Positions 7,478 through 12,948 of a stretch of DNA of 12,948 nt are shown in pieces. Each line of letters opens with the position of its first letter. Position 1 is the stretch's first letter. Both the position numbers and the translations under genes were made by a program. The DNA lies in contig NW_003314279.1 of NCBI RefSeq assembly GCF_000143415.4, positions 1,399,583 to 1,412,530 on the forward strand. Direction: 5' to 3'. The DNA comes from Selaginella moellendorffii. Its lineage: Eukaryota; Plantae; Lycopodiophyta. The notes under the pieces are model-generated. The model was given only the letters and a program-made list of their open reading frames with translations. It had not been told where the DNA came from and ran no database searches.

Positions 7478-8653
7478 TCATGCAACGCAGTTGGAATTGC
7501 TAGATCCATCGAGAATTGTGGGACTCAGGCTTTTCACTAGTGGAGGTGATGAAGCTTTCACCTGCAAAAACAGTGTTCTTAGATTCAAGAACGAGAAGAA
7601 ACAAGAGGATGCTTTTCTCTCGATTGATACGTACTTGGGGTGGCGGACTTGACCCGGAAGATTGCTGCTGGGATTCTGGCCCTCGCTCGCCGTTGTCCTC
7701 CCTGGTTGCTTTCGGAGCTACTTGGAGTGGCTTGTAAGGAGCTTCGGCTGCTAGAGACGGTGGGAAGAACGCAGGGGCTCCATCCTGACCAGTGTAGCCT
7801 CGGAAGGGATTCATTCCTGGAGTTGCGTACTGAGCAAACGGCCTCTCCACGGTGGAGCTAGGAGGAGAAAAGTATGGGAAGTAACCAGCGGCTGGCGGCC
7901 TGTTTGCAAACATTGCGTAAGGATGAATGCCGTAAGGCGGCGGAAGAGGCAAACCGGGAGGAAGGAAAGGAATTGGCGGTGGTGGAATTTGCGAGCCTTG
8001 CGTTGGTGGTGCTTGAGGCTGCTGTTGCTGCTGCTGCTGTTGTGGCTGAAAGGATGGAGGAGCTGCTGGTGATGGAGACGAAGAGACGAGAGGAGGAGGA
8101 CCAGCAGCAGCGGGTGCTGCTGGGACTGGGAGAGGATATGGAAATGCGGACGCACCGAGCATGAGAGAGGGATCCACCGGCCACGACAGCGCGAGCCGGA
8201 GTCTCTGTTGGAGTTGCGAGTTGAGTTGGTCCGTCTCGGACTTGAGAAAAGCTTTCTCTTCTCTTAGCTCGCTCTTCTCCTGTGACAGCTGAAATAGAAA
8301 CAAGCCGGTCCGTCGACAAGTTGAACCAGTAAAAGAGAAAAACTTACGTCACGGGATTCATCCAAAAGTGCTGCATGCTCTTTCTTTAGCCGCTTCACCA
8401 CGGCTCGTAGCTCGTTTATCGCTCAAAATTGTTGCTTTGTCATTTTTAGGCCTGTCTGGATCTGGAGCAACCAAGAAAGAGACGAAATAAGATGGTGAAA
8501 GACGAGAGTCGAGATACGGCACCTAATGCACTGGCGAGCTCGGTAAATTGCTCGTTGAGCTTGTCCCTTCGCAACTTCTCCCTGTCCGCCTTGTGGACTC
8601 TCCTCACGGATGCAAGGTCACCCTCATCGTTTGTAGCGGATCCACACCTTAGC
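7478..8653 (-). pseudogene. bHLH subgroup IVb transcription factor (bHLH121/URI, bHLH11-like; iron homeostasis family), frameshifted and 5'-incomplete
   Basis: Exons 8653-8523 (..RRVHKADREKLRRDKLNEQFTELASAL), 8461-8348 (DPDRPKNDKATILSD//NELRAVVKRLKKEHAALLDESRD), 8288-7635 (LSQEKSELREEKAFLKSETDQLNSQLQQRLR..W..DPS.M...FPYP.P; Pro/Gln-rich) and 7561-7478 (VKASSPPLVKSLSPTILDGSSNSNCVA*). GT-AG introns of 61, 59 and 73 nt. Frameshift at 8417. No in-frame ATG exon found upstream. Confidence 0.9.
8019..8042 (-). repeat. CAG/CAA trinucleotide run encoding Q8 in the bHLH
   Basis: (CTG/TTG)8 on +, translating as QPQQQQQQQQPQ. Confidence 0.9.
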
Positions 8654-8691
8654 CTGGAAAGATTGAAAACTAGTATCACAAAAAACTACAG

Positions 8692-8867
8692 CCACAAAGA
8701 AAAGGAAAACGTTTGCATGAATTTAGCGTGGATCAATCAAACGAAGGCATGGTGCATGGAAGAGAACCACAAACAAAAGGAAAACGTTTGCAAGAATTCA
8801 GCGTGGATCAATCAAACGAAGGCATAGTGAATGGAAGAAAACCACAAAAACAAAAGAAAACGTTTGC
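8692..8867. repeat. 75-bp tandem repeat, ~2.3 copies, in the bHLH 5' intron
   Basis: Units start at 8692, 8767 and 8842 (CCACAAA.AAAAGGAAAACGTTTGCA.GAATT.AGCGTGGATCAATCAAACGAAGGCAT.GTG.ATGGAAGA.AA). Confidence 0.92.
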
Positions 8868-11044
8868 GCATTCGTCAAGAAAAAAAAAAAGGAACGATAA
8901 AAGCGGTTTAAGAAAAATGTTATTTCTGTCTTTATCAAATTAATAAATACAAAAGCTGAAAAATATCTTAATATTACTATATCAAACCAAACAACTTGGA
9001 AATCACTCCTGCTGGGACTTCTTGACACCGTTGGGAGCCTCCTAAATAGATCATACTTTGGTCTTGAGGGCCATGCCAAAATGTTGTCATACTTTCCAAT
9101 CCCAAGTTCGTCTTCTTTTGCTTGGAGCCTGATAACCCAGGCCACGCAAGAATTGAAAAGCACTGGCATGCTGGCTGTTCCCGAGACACCTCTCCCTCCG
9201 GGATCCGCTCACCACAACGTCTACCAGATTATTTGAAAGATTCTTTTGGGATAAAGTATACGGGAGATTACAACATTTTAACAGAAAGGACTAAACTAAG
9301 TGGTATAAACCAACTGTTATAATGAATACTGATAATAAGATAGAGAACGTAGATACCGGTAATTATAATTAGACAGATGGCATTGGTTATGATGAGATAC
9401 ACTAAGGCAATTAGAAAGGTTACAAGGTCGTGACTTTAAAGGCAAATCTTACTGAGAATACAGAATTGATAATGATAAGGTTCTTACCTTTGGAAATAAA
9501 CACCAAATACCTACTATACATGATGGCCACATACAAAGCACATAAGCGTACATTCATATGCTACTAAATGTGTAAATACAAAACTTACAAACCTTATATT
9601 CTATTATTTTAAATCTGCTAGAGTCAGTCACTGAATATTAAATTTCTAGTAAATATTCATTGAGATCTGTAAATGCATCAGTGGTGAAATAGATCAATAT
9701 AGTCTTATGGTTTCATATTCTTCCATTTTGAAACTCATCATCAAAATATGAAGTTCCAAAAGTTTAAATGTCTTTATCTTTTTTCCCAAATCTTCTTAAA
9801 TGCTTGCTTTGTAATCCAAGAAATGGCATTTCAAAATCATCTGCCCCTTTGAGTCAAATGCTCTCATAACATTTAATAATAAGAGTTTTGGTACACATTT
9901 TGTTGCCCAAAACAATTTAGCAGTATAAATATTTGTATATTTATGATAGTATACGGAGAAAAAAAACGGGAATACCCATGGGGTTTTCTTGTTCACTAGC
10001 ATGGCACTATATATATAATGAGTACCAGATTGTTTATATAAAAGTAATTTTAATTACACCAGATATAAAAAGTTTGCTAACTAATTAGAATAGAAAATCA
10101 AGAAATATCCTACACCACCCAAAGAAGAATGAAGGAGAAATAAACACTAGAAAAAAGCATTGCCAAAAAAACCTTACTCTTCAATCATGCACCCACCAAT
10201 GTTATACAAAAATGGATAGATTAATTTTTTTACTGTCTTCAATTTATAGTATTATATATATATACAAAATTTTATTTATATACCTTACAATATATAATTT
10301 CTAGAAAATATTATATGAGTCACCCTTACTAGGTGTAATAAATAGGGAATTTTCATACAAGACTTCAATAGTGGATCAAATCGTCCTATATTATATATAA
10401 AGTTAATTTATCACAATTATTAATATTCCAATTATATAATTACAATAAAATAATTAATAAAAATAATATAAAACTTTAATTGCAATAAAATTTATATAGA
10501 TCAATTTAAATATTAATTTTTTACTTTGCAATATGTTTTTACACTAGCACAAACTACATTACATTAGTATTGTTTAAGAAAACAAAGACAATAGTTTGAA
10601 AGACAGTTAATAAAAGTTAAAATGTAAAATAAAAGGGCTTATGAAGAAAAATGCACTTTTTTCTAATAAATTAAAGGTTTTAAGATACTTAAAATTATGT
10701 ATCTTTGCTTTGGGTTTGAGTAATACTGGGATGAATAACATTTTGAAAAGTTTAAATTCTTATTATAAGAGTAAATTTTTAAATATTGTTTTAAACTTTT
10801 ATTGATTATTTTATTAATGCAAATATGACATAGAGCTACACATAAGAAATATTATGAAAATATTTTATTTTTAATATATAAATGTATTTATAAAATTTAC
10901 ACCATTTTCTCTTTCAAAGATGATGACAATAAATTAGATGGAATATTTAGAGCATTTTCTGACAATTATAAAATACCATAAGAATATAAAACTACCATAA
11001 AACCACTAATATAATTGTTGACAACTATAATTGAAATAAAATCC

Positions 11045-11832
11045 AAAGCCATAACACAAATATCACGACTATGGAATCATGATGCATTAATTATAATTCT
11101 GTGTGCAACTGCCAAATACTTGAACCAACTTTGAAGGTATAAATTTATACCAAAGTAAAAGACTTTGAGAGCCATTGTTGTTCATAAAGCACTATTATAG
11201 CAAATAATATATCCCATGTCTAAGTCTTTCTATTGATGATCCTCTAAGGCTACTAGTAACTTGGACTCATAATTATAAATAAAATTTACCTATGCATCTT
11301 CCCATTAACCAAAATTTAATACTTATGTTAATGTAGACTCATAACTTTCATCCTTGTTTAGTATTATATATAGGAAGTCAAACTCACTTTATTCATCCTT
11401 TATATCCTTTTTATCCCCTCTTTGAAAGAAAAAAAGTTTTGAAGCATCAACTCTATTTGGATTTGTTGTGCTTATTCTTACTTTACAATCTATATTCAGC
11501 CTCACTCTACTATCATATTTATTTGGCCTCACTACACTATCATATTTGTTTGGCTTTATTATATTAGGGCCAAATATTCTATTTAGATTTGCTATATTTG
11601 TCTTCACTTTATAATTCATGTTATTTATTTTTGTTCCACTATTATATTCATTCATCTTCACTCTATTGTTGGGGTTGGACTCCTATTCATCCCCTATACC
11701 CCCTCCTTCAAAGAAAAAGAAATTTAAACTATCATTGTAAAAAAGAGAAAGTGAGGAAAATTGAAAAGACATTGTTGAAGAAAAAAAATGAATAAAGAAG
11801 CATTAGAAAATGAATTTTTAATAATTATCAAA
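11045..11832 (+). repeat. Third copy of the same repeat family (segment B = reverse complement of ~955-1105, followed by segment C = 1495-2047)
   Basis: 11045-11190 matches rc(955-1105): AAAGCCAT, TGCAACT...AAATACT, TTGAAG.TATAA.TTTA.ACCAAAG.AA..GACTTT. 11235-11832 matches 1495-2047. Includes a 27-bp tandem pair at 11500-11553. Confidence 0.8.
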
Positions 11833-12090
11833 TATTGCAAATTTGACTACGGGTATCAAAAGTTACCTATTGGCAAATTCTTTCAAATATTCTTTCCTTA
11901 TTGCCACGATAGTAAAAAGTTGGTATTGTTGAACCCTTTTTTAATTTCCACCTAAAATAGTTGAGAAATTGATTATCATATGTGAAATTAGATTAGAAGG
12001 GCACTAAAGAAGAAAATCTTAAGTTGTTATTCAGTCAAACATATTTGACACGGTAATGAGAAATTTATGTTATTAACTTGCACATGTTAG

Positions 12091-12948
12091 TGTTGGGAAC
12101 CCTTGTGATATTAAGTTTAGTCCCTTAATATTTATTACATGATAACATACTGTGTCTACCAAGATACTTTTTCTATCATGCCTCTTGTGTTTAGTCTCAT
12201 TAGCTATTTATAGAAAGTGTCTAGTGTAAGCCATAATTTTTTTTTTCTAATTTACTAGCTTACCTTGTCTATTCGATCACTACAACCTTAGCCTTAGTTA
12301 AGTTTTCTTGCCAAGATTCTCACCTATTGTACTAGTTTTTACTTAATCCTACTTGGTTTCAGCAACTCACTACACTAACAATGGAGCGTTAGTCATCCCT
12401 CTCCCAATCCCCCTTCCCAGGTTAGATTGGACTTAATGTTTGGCTACACTCCTCGCAGGCATAAATAGACAAACATATCAAGCCTGCAAACTCTTAACAT
12501 CCCTTAGTACAACAAGACTTGATAATGGGACCCTCTAAATCCTAAGCCTTAGATGCAACTCTTGCTTCAGAACATCGAAGGAAAACACCGTGGCCTAATG
12601 GCTCGGTATAGGTACCCTACTCCCCCACTTTTATCCCAAAGGAAAGGCTTAAGCCTTTAGGAAGGGTGAGGACCAATAAACCATAAATTACTCAAGTAGG
12701 GCACCATTTTATATGATCCACATGAGTTAGGAGCATTGTAGTCAATTTCCCTTCCTGGAGTGAAGAGTTGCTTTTGAGCACTTCTTTAGGTGGCCCCTCT
12801 AGCACCATTCAAGTTTATGCTCACTCCCACCCAAGGGCCTTAAACCCCAGTCTCAACCTCAAGTCAATTTGGAAGCACCACTAGATAATTCCTAGATCTC
12901 ACTATCTCTATTAACCTTTTGGAGCCCCTTTGCACCCCCCCCCCCCCC
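12091..12948 (-). mobile_element. Possible LTR of an LTR retrotransposon preceded by a G-rich polypurine tract
   Basis: The minus strand reads G14 immediately followed by TG (12934), which is a PPT-LTR junction pattern. The region is more GC-rich and non-coding, with a TATAAAA on - near 12707-12713. The left boundary (TGTTGGG at 12091) is a guess. Confidence 0.3.

Noticed and set aside
7500-7634. C-terminal tail VRINREKSILLFLLVL...SRWI of the 267-aa ORF as real coding or TM sequence
   Set aside because: 7634-7562 is a GTACGT...TTTTTGCAG intron. Splicing gives a Ser-rich end (..DGSSNS..) more like IVb proteins.
7640-8319. Overlapping alternative-frame and antisense ORFs over the bHLH and RLK exons
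   Set aside because: Expected shadows of GC-rich coding sequence, with no recognisable motifs.
8492-8943. ORFs with a 25-aa repeat, and a CRISPR-like reading of the 75-bp repeat
   Set aside because: Antisense to the bHLH intron/exon. The whole unit is duplicated with no unique spacers, and the context is eukaryotic.
9122-9322. RSPQRLPDYLKD as a Copia integrase-RT linker motif
   Set aside because: Too short, and no flanking integrase or RT motifs.
9300-11040. Very AT-rich stretch with short ORFs (similarly 3460-4550)
   Set aside because: No coding, RNA-gene or repeat structure that I can support from sequence alone.

Overview
Eukaryotic land-plant genomic DNA. Very short 51-73 nt spliceosomal introns and GC-rich exons in AT-rich surroundings suggest a Selaginella-like lycophyte, which is an inference. 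The core (4758-8653) is a convergent pair of genes. On + is a 6-exon receptor-like kinase with an unusual ectodomain: signal peptide, a ~160-aa domain that by eye resembles the C-terminal half of a GH18 chitinase barrel, a GNA-type bulb lectin with one intact QxDxNxVxY mannose site, a Ser/Pro linker, a TM helix and an LRR-VIII-2/DUF26-type RD kinase. On - is a bHLH subgroup IVb (bHLH121/URI/bHLH11-like) iron-homeostasis transcription factor. Both genes are broken as assembled. The RLK has three frameshifts, a damaged splice acceptor and APE>ALE. The bHLH has an inferred ~14-nt deletion in helix 2 and no recognisable first exon. They therefore look like a jointly pseudogenised block, or partly assembly error. 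The flanks hold three decayed copies of one repeat family, including a 1150-bp element with 94-bp terminal inverted repeats, plus AT microsatellites, a 114-N gap bordered by a GC-rich bacterial-type acyl-CoA synthetase fragment, and a possible LTR end at the window edge.
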